From the NCBI GenBank assembly GCA_963796965.1, contig CAWCNS010000011.1, positions 736,001 to 800,000 on the forward strand: a stretch of 64,000 nucleotides of DNA, read 5' to 3'. A program made the position numbers and the translations under genes. This document shows positions 23,246-33,341 of the stretch, piece after piece. Each line of letters opens with the position of its first letter. The first letter of the stretch is position 1. This stretch comes from Calditrichia bacterium (lineage in GTDB: Bacteria > Calditrichota > Calditrichia > JAJRVZ01). The notes beneath the pieces were generated by a model, which worked only from the letters and a program-made list of their open reading frames with translations, searched no databases and was not told where the DNA came from.

Positions 23246-24898
23246 TTATTTCAATAATAGCATTTGTTTAACATCAGAAAAATGTTCAGATAATAGGTGA
23301 TAGTAGTAAATTCCACTGGCTACTTTTTTTCCCTGAATATCCCTTCCATCCCATAGCACAACCCACTGACCTGCGTTTAAAAATTCTCGAATTAGCGTTG
23401 CGATTTTTCCACCTGCTATATTATAAATTGTGATGGTTACATTGGAAGGTTCCGTAAGTTCAAAGGGTATTGTGGTACCTGAATTGAAAGGATTTGGATA
23501 GTTCTGGCCAAGACTGTAAATCCTGGGCGCTTCTTGTACAATGATCCACTCATGATCAACTGCTGCTTTTTTGTCAGAAACTTCAACTTTTAAAGAGTGG
23601 ACTCCTTTGGAATATTTGGTTGATTCATAAGTAAAGATAGTATCCTTAACATCTGTTAACTGCTCGTCGAGACGCCATAAATAAATCAAACTATCACCTG
23701 ACAAATCATTTGCTGAGATATGGAAAGTTTGAACATCACCCGTATATATTGGAACCACCTCCTGATTAGGTATGATATTATAAATTTGTGGTCTGTGTTT
23801 ATCCCTTAGCAATTGCCAATATAAATCGTAAGCAGTTTGCAGATTTTCCACAAGGCTAAAAATACCCTCTCCAATACCAAGTCCAAATGCGACATGTAAC
23901 GTATCGCCAGGCTGCATATCCCAAGGACCTGCGGATTGGAGATACTGATAGTCATCTACAATCTGGGGAGCCAACATGAATTTTTCATCTGCCATTTTCC
24001 TATAATATTCAGATCCCCTGTTCGGCATTTCTTGTTGAGAATACCATTGGTGTCCTGATTGCTGATTCGCAGGTACTCCCCTTTTTGTCTGCGGGCTATT
24101 TAATATCCGGGAGCCAACATATCCCAAACTCTCTTTGGGAATATAATATCCTCCCATATCATTTTCAGGAGTGTTCAGATCATTACCATCATACATAAAT
24201 GATATGGATTCAGGAATTTGATTCACCCCCCGACTGAGCAAGTACCCTACACGATCGTCCGACCAGTATGGCATTCCAGCTACCAATCCCCCGGCTGCTG
24301 AAATATCAAAGTCCATTAGCAGACCTGCATAGATATCTTCCAATGGTTCCGATCCTTCATTGATGATCAGATATTCATAAATAAAGAAGTCATCCCGCCA
24401 AAAGTCAGTCCAGGCATATACACGGCAAACTGTGCGTATTCTTTCCAATTGTAAACCAGCAGAGTCATCCGTCATTGAATAGGATACCATGATATGAGAA
24501 GGGATGTCACTTGTATTATTTTGTACTTTAAAGTCTGTTGATGTTTTTCTATTGAATAAAACAGTCGTGGAATCAATACCAACAAAAAAAGTACCTGAAG
24601 ACAAATAATGATTATCCGGATATCCTCCCTCGATCCAACTCATCGAAGGATAGCGTAAATCATCACGACCGATACGGAATGAATGGGGATCATCATCCGT
24701 AGAAAAATTCTTTGTATTATTGGCCACAAAATTTTTCAAGCTACCAATATTTATAATAACAGAATCATAAGGTATCGCGTGAAATGAACTTTTGGAGGAT
24801 TGGGAAAATTTGCCTGGCATTTGCTGGGCATTCAACAATGAAGCAGAGAGTAAGAGGAGAACGATTATGATATTTTTCATCACCACGGTTTTTCGCAT
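23246..24898 (-). CDS. Secreted protein with a C-terminal FlgD-Ig/T9SS-type A sorting-like domain
   Basis: Signal peptide and a C-terminal YSLGQNYPNPFN.TTIPF...IYNIAG...WDGRD..GKKVASGIY...KQMLLLK. Confidence 0.82.
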   Translation of the reverse strand: MRKTVVMKNIIIVLLLLSASLLNAQQMPGKFSQSSKSSFHAIPYDSVIINIGSLKNFVANNTKNFSTDDDPHSFRIGRDDLRYPSMSWIEGGYPDNHYLSSGTFFVGIDSTTVLFNRKTSTDFKVQNNTSDIPSHIMVSYSMTDDSAGLQLERIRTVCRVYAWTDFWRDDFFIYEYLIINEGSEPLEDIYAGLLMDFDISAAGGLVAGMPYWSDDRVGYLLSRGVNQIPESISFMYDGNDLNTPENDMGGYYIPKESLGYVGSRILNSPQTKRGVPANQQSGHQWYSQQEMPNRGSEYYRKMADEKFMLAPQIVDDYQYLQSAGPWDMQPGDTLHVAFGLGIGEGIFSLVENLQTAYDLYWQLLRDKHRPQIYNIIPNQEVVPIYTGDVQTFHISANDLSGDSLIYLWRLDEQLTDVKDTIFTYESTKYSKGVHSLKVEVSDKKAAVDHEWIIVQEAPRIYSLGQNYPNPFNSGTTIPFELTEPSNVTITIYNIAGGKIATLIREFLNAGQWVVLWDGRDIQGKKVASGIYYYHLLSEHFSDVKQMLLLK

Positions 24899-25000
24899 AT
24901 TTTTTATTTGTATACTCCTTAATTATACAAAAGTTTAATTAAGGTATTAAAATTCCCATTTAATTGGTTTAAAAGTGATAAATATCTCCATATGAAAGAC

Positions 25001-25030
25001 TGTGAATAACTTGTGAATAACTGTGAATAA
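25001..25030. promoter_or_regulatory. Three tandem DnaA-box-like 9-mers
   Basis: TGTGAATAA (reverse complement TTATTCACA) at 25001, 25012 and 25022 in a long AT-rich intergenic region. Confidence 0.6.
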
Positions 25031-25497
25031 ATCAGGCTTTTTTTTAAATAATGCCACAATAATATCTATTTTTATACAGAAATAGATTCAATAGGTGAAC
25101 AAGAGTATACAAGTTATTAAAATTAATGAACTCTAATATCCCCAACACCATTCAACCATTTTAAAAAAGATCTCAATAATAATATTTTGGCATAAACTTT
25201 TAAATAATAATGACTTACCGGATTTATACATGCCCTATTCTTAAATTCTGGCAAAAACACAACGAACTTCTGCTCTATTCCCGGGCTTGATTTAAGGGGG
25301 TTTGAAACATCTATGCTCTGTCCATCATATCGGCGAGATTTATCATCATATACGATAAATTTGTAAAATTCTAAACCATCGCTTTAGATAATCCCTTCTG
25401 GGGATAACTTTTTTTACACAAAATAACCATCATTGCCAATATCAATACTTTTTCAGGGCATTTTACCCTCAATAATCACTATAAATTTGAAATAGGA

Positions 25498-25680
25498 CTA
25501 CCCCATCCAAAAACCTTTCCGATGTGAGAGTCCCAAAACAGCACGACAATGAGGGCAATAATAAATATACCGTCTACCAAATGCCCCACGCAGTTCCTGG
25601 TACCAAACCGTATCAATATCAATTTTACAATGCCCGCATATTGGCTTCACATTATGTTTTTCTAGCATTTCTACCATCAT
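25498..25680 (-). CDS. Small zinc-ribbon protein (60 aa)
   Basis: GGAGGG RBS before ATG at 25680, then CGHC...CPHC and a C-terminal LGLSHRKGFWMG. Confidence 0.7.
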   Translation of the reverse strand: MMVEMLEKHNVKPICGHCKIDIDTVWYQELRGAFGRRYIYYCPHCRAVLGLSHRKGFWMG

Positions 25681-25900
25681 TCTTCCCTCCGATATTTCAT
25701 GATAAAATGTGTCTAACCTAAAAACCCATTTCAAAGTCCGATACAATCAAATTAATCCAGATTCAATTAGACAATTCATATAGATATCACCTCCATGGAA
25801 ATTACATGTCAATAGTTATATATACACATGAAATAAAAAATAATTCGGGGGATCTGAATTAATTTGCAGAATTAATTGAGTAGGTCCATAGGGTTGAAAA

Positions 25901-26968
25901 TTAAAGATTGGAGATTTCTACAATTTTAGTATAGGGATCAGGAAGACCTTCAGAGCAATTGGTACACATATCAATTGATTTTCGAGCGGTTAATATTTGA
26001 TTACGGAATTTTTGTGCACCTTCACCCTGCCATAATGAGCGAAAGGTTTTGCTGTTATCAAAAAGATTACCGTAGGCATACTCGGCATCTTTGTCAAAAC
26101 AGCACGGAGAAAATGAACCATCCCAGTTAATAGCAGGATTTAGCCATAATCGTTTGCACCAGTTTTTAATTTCTCCCTTCAGGACATAGTCATCTTCGGT
26201 TCGTGTATAGCGCCGAAATTTCTCATCTTCAGGTAGAAAAGACTCTGCCTGTTGGTTAGAATATATTTGAGCCGTTTTGAAAGACAATCGATTTAAAGCC
26301 AGTTTTTTACTAATCGATATAATTTCATCTATCTCAGCCTGGTTATGTTTGAAAATTAAAAATTGTAATTCTATTATAGGAGTATCACTCATCAATCTTT
26401 TTTTAGCCGAGGCAATTCTCTCTAATGTTTCCATCACCAGTTGATAATTTCCACCAACTCTGTATTTTTCATAGGTCTCCTGATTGGTACCATCCATTGA
26501 AAAAATCAATAAATCTAATCCTGACTTTATTATCGCCTCAGCATCCCGGTCTGTGCGTATGAAATGACCGTTGGTCGAGGTTTGGGTCATGATACCCTTT
26601 TTATTGGCATAGTGTACAAATTCTAAAAAGGATTTATTAATAAAGGGTTCTCCCTGGTTCCATAGCTGGATCTGCAAAATATATTCACCAATGTCATCGA
26701 TCAATCTTTTAAAGTTCTCCAGATCCAATTTCCCCATAGCACGTTTCATTTCACCATTACCGGAAGGACACATGGGACATTTTAGATTACAAATATTTGT
26801 CGGTTCGATCATTAGTAATGGCGGATATCCCCAGATAATCGGTTTTTTTATAATTCTGGAGAGAACCAATGAAACATATATTTTGACCAAATTAATTAGG
26901 CGCCTTGGGGTAATGCTGACATTTATTAATGAGAGAGATTTAATCAGAGATTTTAGAGGTACAATCAT
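25901..26968 (-). CDS. Radical SAM protein with a SPASM/Twitch-like C-terminal domain (paralogue A)
   Basis: CNLKCPMC, NQGEP and C-terminal C...PCCFD...CTNC. Confidence 0.9.
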   Translation of the reverse strand: MIVPLKSLIKSLSLINVSITPRRLINLVKIYVSLVLSRIIKKPIIWGYPPLLMIEPTNICNLKCPMCPSGNGEMKRAMGKLDLENFKRLIDDIGEYILQIQLWNQGEPFINKSFLEFVHYANKKGIMTQTSTNGHFIRTDRDAEAIIKSGLDLLIFSMDGTNQETYEKYRVGGNYQLVMETLERIASAKKRLMSDTPIIELQFLIFKHNQAEIDEIISISKKLALNRLSFKTAQIYSNQQAESFLPEDEKFRRYTRTEDDYVLKGEIKNWCKRLWLNPAINWDGSFSPCCFDKDAEYAYGNLFDNSKTFRSLWQGEGAQKFRNQILTARKSIDMCTNCSEGLPDPYTKIVEISNL

Positions 26969-27083
26969 TTTGAATTTTCTTTATTTAAGATTTGAAACTA
27001 TGGACTGTCTTGATTTATTTCTCTATCGTATCGGGAGAGAATTTATGCCACAAGATCTCAAGTACTACAAATTTACTTCAAGA

Positions 27084-28040
27084 TTATTTTTTATCTGTAT
27101 GACCATTTTCTGATCTGCGGTTTTGTCTGACACTGGCAATAATGTCTCTTGTTGACTTTATACTATCTTTGACTTCACGAAAATGGGCTCTTTTTTTGTA
27201 AATATAATAAGAGCCAATGAGGGAAGGGAAAATAGTATTAACTACAAAAAGGAACAGGGAGGTAGCAACCGCGTTTGCCGGAGAGACCCCATAGAGGCGG
27301 AAAAAAAAGACTGCTAATCCTTCACGAACTCCCAATCCAGAAATACTTATTGGTACCATTCCAGCGCACCATAAATATACTGAGGAATGAAATGTCGCAG
27401 CTAGTGATATCATATCGACCTGGTTCAATAATATATAATACTGCAAACCCATTACCAGGAAAATTCCTAAAGAGAAAAGAACATTATTAGCAAAAACAAT
27501 ATGATAGTTAACATCCTTTTCCTGCCAATCTTTAAGATAGGGTAAATGTGGAAATAAAAAATAGGTAACTACTAAAACTACTAATAGGACGAGAGAATGG
27601 AAAAAATATTGAGGAAATGTTAGGGGTATAACAATCAGTATCGCTATAAGTTTTATAAAAGTAAGAAATACTTTTTCCATTCCAAATGCGAGGATCTTAC
27701 CACGTTTCTTTCCTGGCAACATAAAAATCTTACTGAACTCTGCAGGACCACCAGGTATGATAATTCGGAATGTGAATCCCGCAAAAAAGGAGGGTAGCAA
27801 ATCTTTGATATCATAATGGTCTGAGTACTGCTCAATCAGATAACGCCAACGACGGAACTGGATCACGAGGCTCAACACACTCAAGACCATAATGAAGAGG
27901 AAATTATACAAATATATTTTACTAAAATAAGCGAGGAATTGTTTCTGGTCCACCTGCATTATGATCCAAACAACCAATACAATGCCAATGCAGATTTGAA
28001 TAATATATATGAGGCGTCTTTTAAGAATGGTATCCATCAA
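27084..28040 (-). CDS. Lysylphosphatidylglycerol synthase TM / flippase-like membrane protein
   Basis: Multi-TM protein with RRW..L, IIIPGG and PISISGLGVREG. Confidence 0.82.
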   Translation of the reverse strand: MMDTILKRRLIYIIQICIGIVLVVWIIMQVDQKQFLAYFSKIYLYNFLFIMVLSVLSLVIQFRRWRYLIEQYSDHYDIKDLLPSFFAGFTFRIIIPGGPAEFSKIFMLPGKKRGKILAFGMEKVFLTFIKLIAILIVIPLTFPQYFFHSLVLLVVLVVTYFLFPHLPYLKDWQEKDVNYHIVFANNVLFSLGIFLVMGLQYYILLNQVDMISLAATFHSSVYLWCAGMVPISISGLGVREGLAVFFFRLYGVSPANAVATSLFLFVVNTIFPSLIGSYYIYKKRAHFREVKDSIKSTRDIIASVRQNRRSENGHTDKK

Positions 28041-28044
28041 CTGC

Positions 28045-29136
28045 CTATTTTTTCCAGTGATAATGCTGGAAGCTTCCGATCAGACTAAAAACAATAATAT
28101 ACAGCGGATAGATGATTTGCATCAAGGGAATAAAAGGAATTATATCTTTTTGTCTAAAAATAATAGCGGCCTTGATTAATGGAATAAATTCAAATATAAA
28201 TTTAAGAAAAATTAAAATCAGCCATGGTATTAGCATACTCGGATAAATAATTGGCAGAGATATTACCAGAAGATAGTAAAAAAAGATTAACGACATGAGT
28301 ACAATTGAAGATATTGATAACTGAAAAGTTTTGCTGTTTTTACGAATTTGTTGTTGGAGAACTTCCTCATTTGAGGCAGGAATTAAAGTCTGAACGAAAG
28401 TTCCCGGATCAGCACAATATTCAATTTCCCCTTCACTATGCCGATGAAAACGATTTGTTAAATGAATATCATCTCCGCTCCGGAATTTTTTCAGCGCGTG
28501 GAACCCTCCTAATTCATGATAGGCATCTTTTCGATAGGAGAGATTTCGACCCACACTGGTAAAGGGATAACCAAGCTTTACCGGAGCTGCAGCAGTAATG
28601 GCAGAGAAAAGATTATCAAATTGAAGTAGCCTGTAATACCATCTCTTTTCGTATATCAACGGAGAGTAACCCAGCACCATAGACACGTGATCCTGGAAAT
28701 AACACACCATATTTCTCAACCAGTTACAGGGAACGACGCAATCTGCATCAGTCGTAAAAATCAACTCATTTTGAGCCTGAGCGATACCCTCACGAAGGGC
28801 ATTCTTTTTACCCCTTAAGTGAGTACTTTTTTCTATAAGCCGAATTATTTTCCAGTTTTGATGGCGCTGACAGTACGTCTCAATAATCCCGGCTGTCTTA
28901 TCAGTAGAACAATCATCGACAAGGATCACTTCATAATAATCCTTGTCATAGTCAATTGATTCAAGGCTCTTCAGACAAGGCTCAATCCTGGTTTCTTCAT
29001 TTCTGGCCGCGATGACGATACTAATCGAACGATGTTTACTCTGTCCCGGTCTTTTTAATCGGCGCATTCCTATCCAGACAGCAAATAAAATGAGGAAATA
29101 TAAAATATTTAGTACAATAAAAAGATTTATGATCAA
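28045..29136 (-). CDS. Membrane GT2 glycosyltransferase
   Basis: IAARNEE, VDDCSTD, GKKNAL, TDADC and SGDD, with N- and C-terminal TMs. Confidence 0.9.
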   Translation of the reverse strand: MIINLFIVLNILYFLILFAVWIGMRRLKRPGQSKHRSISIVIAARNEETRIEPCLKSLESIDYDKDYYEVILVDDCSTDKTAGIIETYCQRHQNWKIIRLIEKSTHLRGKKNALREGIAQAQNELIFTTDADCVVPCNWLRNMVCYFQDHVSMVLGYSPLIYEKRWYYRLLQFDNLFSAITAAAPVKLGYPFTSVGRNLSYRKDAYHELGGFHALKKFRSGDDIHLTNRFHRHSEGEIEYCADPGTFVQTLIPASNEEVLQQQIRKNSKTFQLSISSIVLMSLIFFYYLLVISLPIIYPSMLIPWLILIFLKFIFEFIPLIKAAIIFRQKDIIPFIPLMQIIYPLYIIVFSLIGSFQHYHWKK

Positions 29137-29251
29137 TTTTTTTTAACCTTTTACACGATGAAGCTTATATTGAGATTGCGATTGCTTTGAGTTTGGAGCA
29201 TACCGGCTTTGCGTCTTGGCGAGAAGAAAATATACTGGGATAATGAGAGAT

Positions 29252-30940
29252 TTAGTACTCTAACCGCAAACCAAAGTGCAGTTCTGTAACGTCTTTCGTA
29301 TTTGCATCATCCATATATTGACTAAATCGTGTTGCTACATTAAGAAAGAGCCCATTTAGAGCCTCATATTCAGCATAAATCTCAACTTTTTTTTCACTTT
29401 CAAGGATTCCTTCCAGAAAAACACGTGTCTCTCTGGGTTCTGTTTGATCTCCGATCAAAGTGTTATGTCCTAATAAGATATCACCACCAATGTTTTCATT
29501 ATCATAGTTCCTGCCATGTTTCCACTGCCACAATTTTACCCCAACGTTGAGTCGGCGGCTGAATTGTTTTTCCAGATGGAGATAATAGACTTCTGAGTTG
29601 GGACCTGACCAGTAACCAAGTGGCACACCATCGCTAATAAACCGATTGGCATTATATTTATGTGTATAAACCCAGGGCATAATTGCTGTATATTCAAAAC
29701 GAGCAGCAAGATTCGCAATTCCGAGTGGATCCGTCAGATGCAATCCTGCCTGAAAACCATGCTTATTGCCATACCAATCGGAGCCCAATTTATCCTTGCG
29801 CAATTCATCCAGAAATAAACTGCCGTAAATTTTCACACCATTGAATAATCGAGACTCAAGATCTAATGCGAGTAAGGCATTATCCCTGTCTCTTAGTGTA
29901 TGTTCCACAGCTCGAAAATAATTTATCGGAAAAAGATAGGCCCAATCCGCTGAACGATTACCATAAATGATGGCACCCGTCAATCCCACCGCCATTCCGG
30001 TTAAGGGGGAGAATTCAAACCGATTGATCGCAATCCATTTATCCGGATGCTGTGCCTGCCCCTCCTCTGAGCGCCCGGTACTCTCTGAAAGCAGTTTTCC
30101 ATGCATGAACGTAAAACTTCCCCAACCCCAATATTTACCAATGCTGATATAGGGATATTGCTCAACGTTATCAGAAAGTATTAATGACCCTGATTCACCT
30201 AATCCCCAGGCAGTGGGTTGAATAGCAAAATGGAGATCCACCCATGGCGTACTTAACCCAAGATCTCCTCCACTGCGGTCAAAGTACGTTACTTCTTCCC
30301 GATTGTTTCGCCATGTATTTTTTAAAAATGAATCGCTGTTCCTGTATTCGAAATCGCCGTGAATGTTTGCCATAGCAACATTAACCATATATCCGAAGTT
30401 TCTGGTGATGCTGCCCCGGGCCTCAAAGTTCATTACATCCTTGCTTCTATTAATTTGTTCATTTTTTTGATCATAAGTGATTTCATAGGCAAAATCAAAA
30501 TAAAAACTGTTTGTAGAATCTTCCCACAGAAACACATGATTATCTTCTTCAGGTTGATGACGAGCAAAGAACCGAAGAAATTCATGTGCAATTTGGTTAA
30601 ATCCGGAAAAGGGCGTGTACCAGTTCTTATTTCCATCAATCTGTTTATATTTTTGGGAAGGGTCAATTTCGAATCTGAAATCCAGTAGATAATTGTCCAG
30701 AATATCCTTATCGATATGCGTTAACTCATCGCGCTTATTATTGACTCCAATAAGCAAATCAGCCACATGCCCACGGCTAAAAGGTTTTACACCATCAAGA
30801 ATATTGTCCAAAATTCCTAATGTCTCCATCCGATCCAGAAAATGATAAACCGGATTTGTCAATGGAACACTCACTGGGTTATCAGCTGTTAGTGGCACAA
30901 CAAAAAGTAATAGGATCAGAAGTACAATAATTTTCTTCAT
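29252..30940 (-). CDS. Capsule assembly Wzi-family outer membrane protein
   Basis: Signal peptide, WGLGESGSLILSDN...YP, DNALL, KIYGSLFLDE, LGYWSGPNS and an aromatic C-terminus. Confidence 0.78.
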   Translation of the reverse strand: MKKIIVLLILLLFVVPLTADNPVSVPLTNPVYHFLDRMETLGILDNILDGVKPFSRGHVADLLIGVNNKRDELTHIDKDILDNYLLDFRFEIDPSQKYKQIDGNKNWYTPFSGFNQIAHEFLRFFARHQPEEDNHVFLWEDSTNSFYFDFAYEITYDQKNEQINRSKDVMNFEARGSITRNFGYMVNVAMANIHGDFEYRNSDSFLKNTWRNNREEVTYFDRSGGDLGLSTPWVDLHFAIQPTAWGLGESGSLILSDNVEQYPYISIGKYWGWGSFTFMHGKLLSESTGRSEEGQAQHPDKWIAINRFEFSPLTGMAVGLTGAIIYGNRSADWAYLFPINYFRAVEHTLRDRDNALLALDLESRLFNGVKIYGSLFLDELRKDKLGSDWYGNKHGFQAGLHLTDPLGIANLAARFEYTAIMPWVYTHKYNANRFISDGVPLGYWSGPNSEVYYLHLEKQFSRRLNVGVKLWQWKHGRNYDNENIGGDILLGHNTLIGDQTEPRETRVFLEGILESEKKVEIYAEYEALNGLFLNVATRFSQYMDDANTKDVTELHFGLRLEY

Positions 30941-31109
30941 AGGGCGATGTTAATTTAATTGACCATGCTTTAAATTACAAGAAGGGCTAATAGTACTCCT
31001 AATGTCTGCAAAAATTAATATTACCTAAATATGGTATTACTATTTGCCTTTTGTCTAATATCTTTTAAATTCCTCTTTTCCTTGAATGAATTAATCTGGA
31101 TAAAGTTCA

Positions 31110-32171
31110 ATGATTATTCTTAATGAGTTGGTGCTCAGCCGGCTTCTTCGCTCGCTAAACATCCGAAGAATCGGCAATATTATTAAAACAACCCTTGCGT
31201 TTATATTTTCTGCGTTAACCGGTAAACCAGTGGTCTGGGGAATGCCTCCGGTTTTAACCATCGAACCGACCAACATGTGTAATCTGCACTGCCCCCTCTG
31301 TACAACAGGATCCGGTGAAATGGAACGAAGTGCCGGCAGAATGTCTATGGAGACATTTAATAAAATTATGACACAGTTGGGTAATGATATATTCTTTTTG
31401 TTAATTTATCATCAGGGTGAGCCCTATATGAACAAGCATTTTTTCGACTTTGTAAAAATGGCAAAAAGAAAAAATATCTATGTAACGACCAGTACCAACG
31501 GACATTATTTTACCGAAATAAATATACAAAAAACGCTGGAATCTGGTCTGGATAGTATGATTATATCGTTGGATGGCATCGATCAGAAGAGCTACGAAAA
31601 ATACCGGGTAGGTGGTCAATTGAAAAGAGTTCTTGATGGCACGAGGGACCTTCTTTTAGAACGAAATAAGAGAGGTCTAAAGACGCCAAATGTAGCCCTC
31701 CAGTTTCTGGTGATGAAGCAAAATGAACATCAGATTGGCGAAGTTAAAAAATTATCAGAACAATTGGGTGTGGATAGGTTATTGATTAAAAATATAGAAG
31801 TACGTTCGTTGGAGGAGGCAGAAGAATGGCTTCCCTCAAATGAGAAATATCGACGTTATGATTATAGCGGTCATGATTATAAAGTAAAAGGTTCTGAAAA
31901 AAATTCTTGTACCCGGCCCTGGCTCTCAACATTGATCAATTGGGATGGTACATTTGTACCATGTTGTTTTGATAAGAACGGGAAATATCCAATGGGAAAT
32001 ATTCAGCACAAGGAGAACCTTGATGAAGTATGGACGGGTCCCGCTTTCACCGATTTTAGAACAAAATTGCTTAAAGACAGGAAACAAATTGATATTTGCC
32101 GCAATTGCAATCAGGGATTTGGGAGTTTCCTTCCAACTAAACTTTGGAACTTGCGAGAGCAAAAAGATTAA
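31110..32171 (+). CDS. Radical SAM protein with a SPASM/Twitch-like C-terminal domain (paralogue B)
   Basis: CNLHCPLC, HQGEP and C-terminal CTRPW...PCCFD...CRNC. Confidence 0.9.
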   Translation: MIILNELVLSRLLRSLNIRRIGNIIKTTLAFIFSALTGKPVVWGMPPVLTIEPTNMCNLHCPLCTTGSGEMERSAGRMSMETFNKIMTQLGNDIFFLLIYHQGEPYMNKHFFDFVKMAKRKNIYVTTSTNGHYFTEINIQKTLESGLDSMIISLDGIDQKSYEKYRVGGQLKRVLDGTRDLLLERNKRGLKTPNVALQFLVMKQNEHQIGEVKKLSEQLGVDRLLIKNIEVRSLEEAEEWLPSNEKYRRYDYSGHDYKVKGSEKNSCTRPWLSTLINWDGTFVPCCFDKNGKYPMGNIQHKENLDEVWTGPAFTDFRTKLLKDRKQIDICRNCNQGFGSFLPTKLWNLREQKD

Positions 32172-32198
32172 CAATTCGTTAGCTCAAAAATTATAGAG

Positions 32199-33341
32199 AT
32201 GATTATGCTCTTTGTTATCGATATTTTTTTTCTAATATTTATATCGCTTCTTATCCTTTATCTCACCTCACTTTACTATTTGAGGAGAGGGTTAACACAA
32301 GTAGATGTACGAATCGATGACCATCATCCCAATGTTTCTATTATTGTCAGTATGCATAACGAAGAGGAAAATGCACGGGATTGTATCCGGAAACTACTTG
32401 GTCAGAATTATTCTTCAAAAAAACTGGAGGTAATTATCGTTAATGACCGCTCCAGTGATAAAACAGCTGATATTGTTCAGGAATTGAGTGATCAATACTC
32501 AAATCTCAATCAAATCACCATAAATGAGACAAATGAAACATATGCACCAAAAAAGTACGCCATTGATCAAGCCATGCAGAAGGCAAATGGAGAGATAATC
32601 ATTCTAACTGATGCAGATGGTAGGCCGGGACCACAATGGGTCAATACAATAGTTTCACGCTTTTCCCAAAATGTGGGTATGGTATTAGGCTATGCCCCTT
32701 ATATCACCGAACCTCCGTATGATAAAATACGCTATCATCTTTTGTCCTTGGAATATTTGTCACATGCCGCAGTTGCCTGTGCATCCACTGGTCTAAAATT
32801 CCCTTTAACTTGCGTTGGAACCAATATGGCGTATCGTAAAGAAGTCTATAACCAACTTGAAGGATTTGGACAATTTAAGCATATTCACACTGGAGATGAT
32901 GACCTTTTTTTGCAGAGAGTACGTGAAGAAACTGATTGGAAGATTGTGTATAATTCAACCCGCGAGGGACAGGTATGGAACGCCCCTCCCGCCACTCTAA
33001 AAAAGTTTTTTCACCAGCGACTTCGTTATGCCTCTAAAGGCTTTTTATATCCAAAGGGGGTTACAGTTTCATTGGTAGCCTTTTTTATTCTTAATTTATT
33101 TATTGTTATGTCTTTACTTTCATCATTGTATAGTGGTATTTATATCTTACCCCTTTTCTTTCTGCTATTACTGAAGTTTTTTGGCGAGTATCTCTTTCTT
33201 AGCCGCGCCGCATCAGTCTTACATCACAGGGAACATATCAGTTTGTTCCCATTTGCTTTCATTCTTCATATCCCTTATGTTTTAATATTTGGATTATTGT
33301 CACAGTTTAAGCAATTTGAATGGGGGAGCCGTAAATCCTGA
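32199..33341 (+). CDS. Membrane GT2 glycosyltransferase
   Basis: MHNEE, NDRSSD, TDADG, GDDDLF and QRLRY. Confidence 0.9.
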   Translation: MIMLFVIDIFFLIFISLLILYLTSLYYLRRGLTQVDVRIDDHHPNVSIIVSMHNEEENARDCIRKLLGQNYSSKKLEVIIVNDRSSDKTADIVQELSDQYSNLNQITINETNETYAPKKYAIDQAMQKANGEIIILTDADGRPGPQWVNTIVSRFSQNVGMVLGYAPYITEPPYDKIRYHLLSLEYLSHAAVACASTGLKFPLTCVGTNMAYRKEVYNQLEGFGQFKHIHTGDDDLFLQRVREETDWKIVYNSTREGQVWNAPPATLKKFFHQRLRYASKGFLYPKGVTVSLVAFFILNLFIVMSLLSSLYSGIYILPLFFLLLLKFFGEYLFLSRAASVLHHREHISLFPFAFILHIPYVLIFGLLSQFKQFEWGSRKS

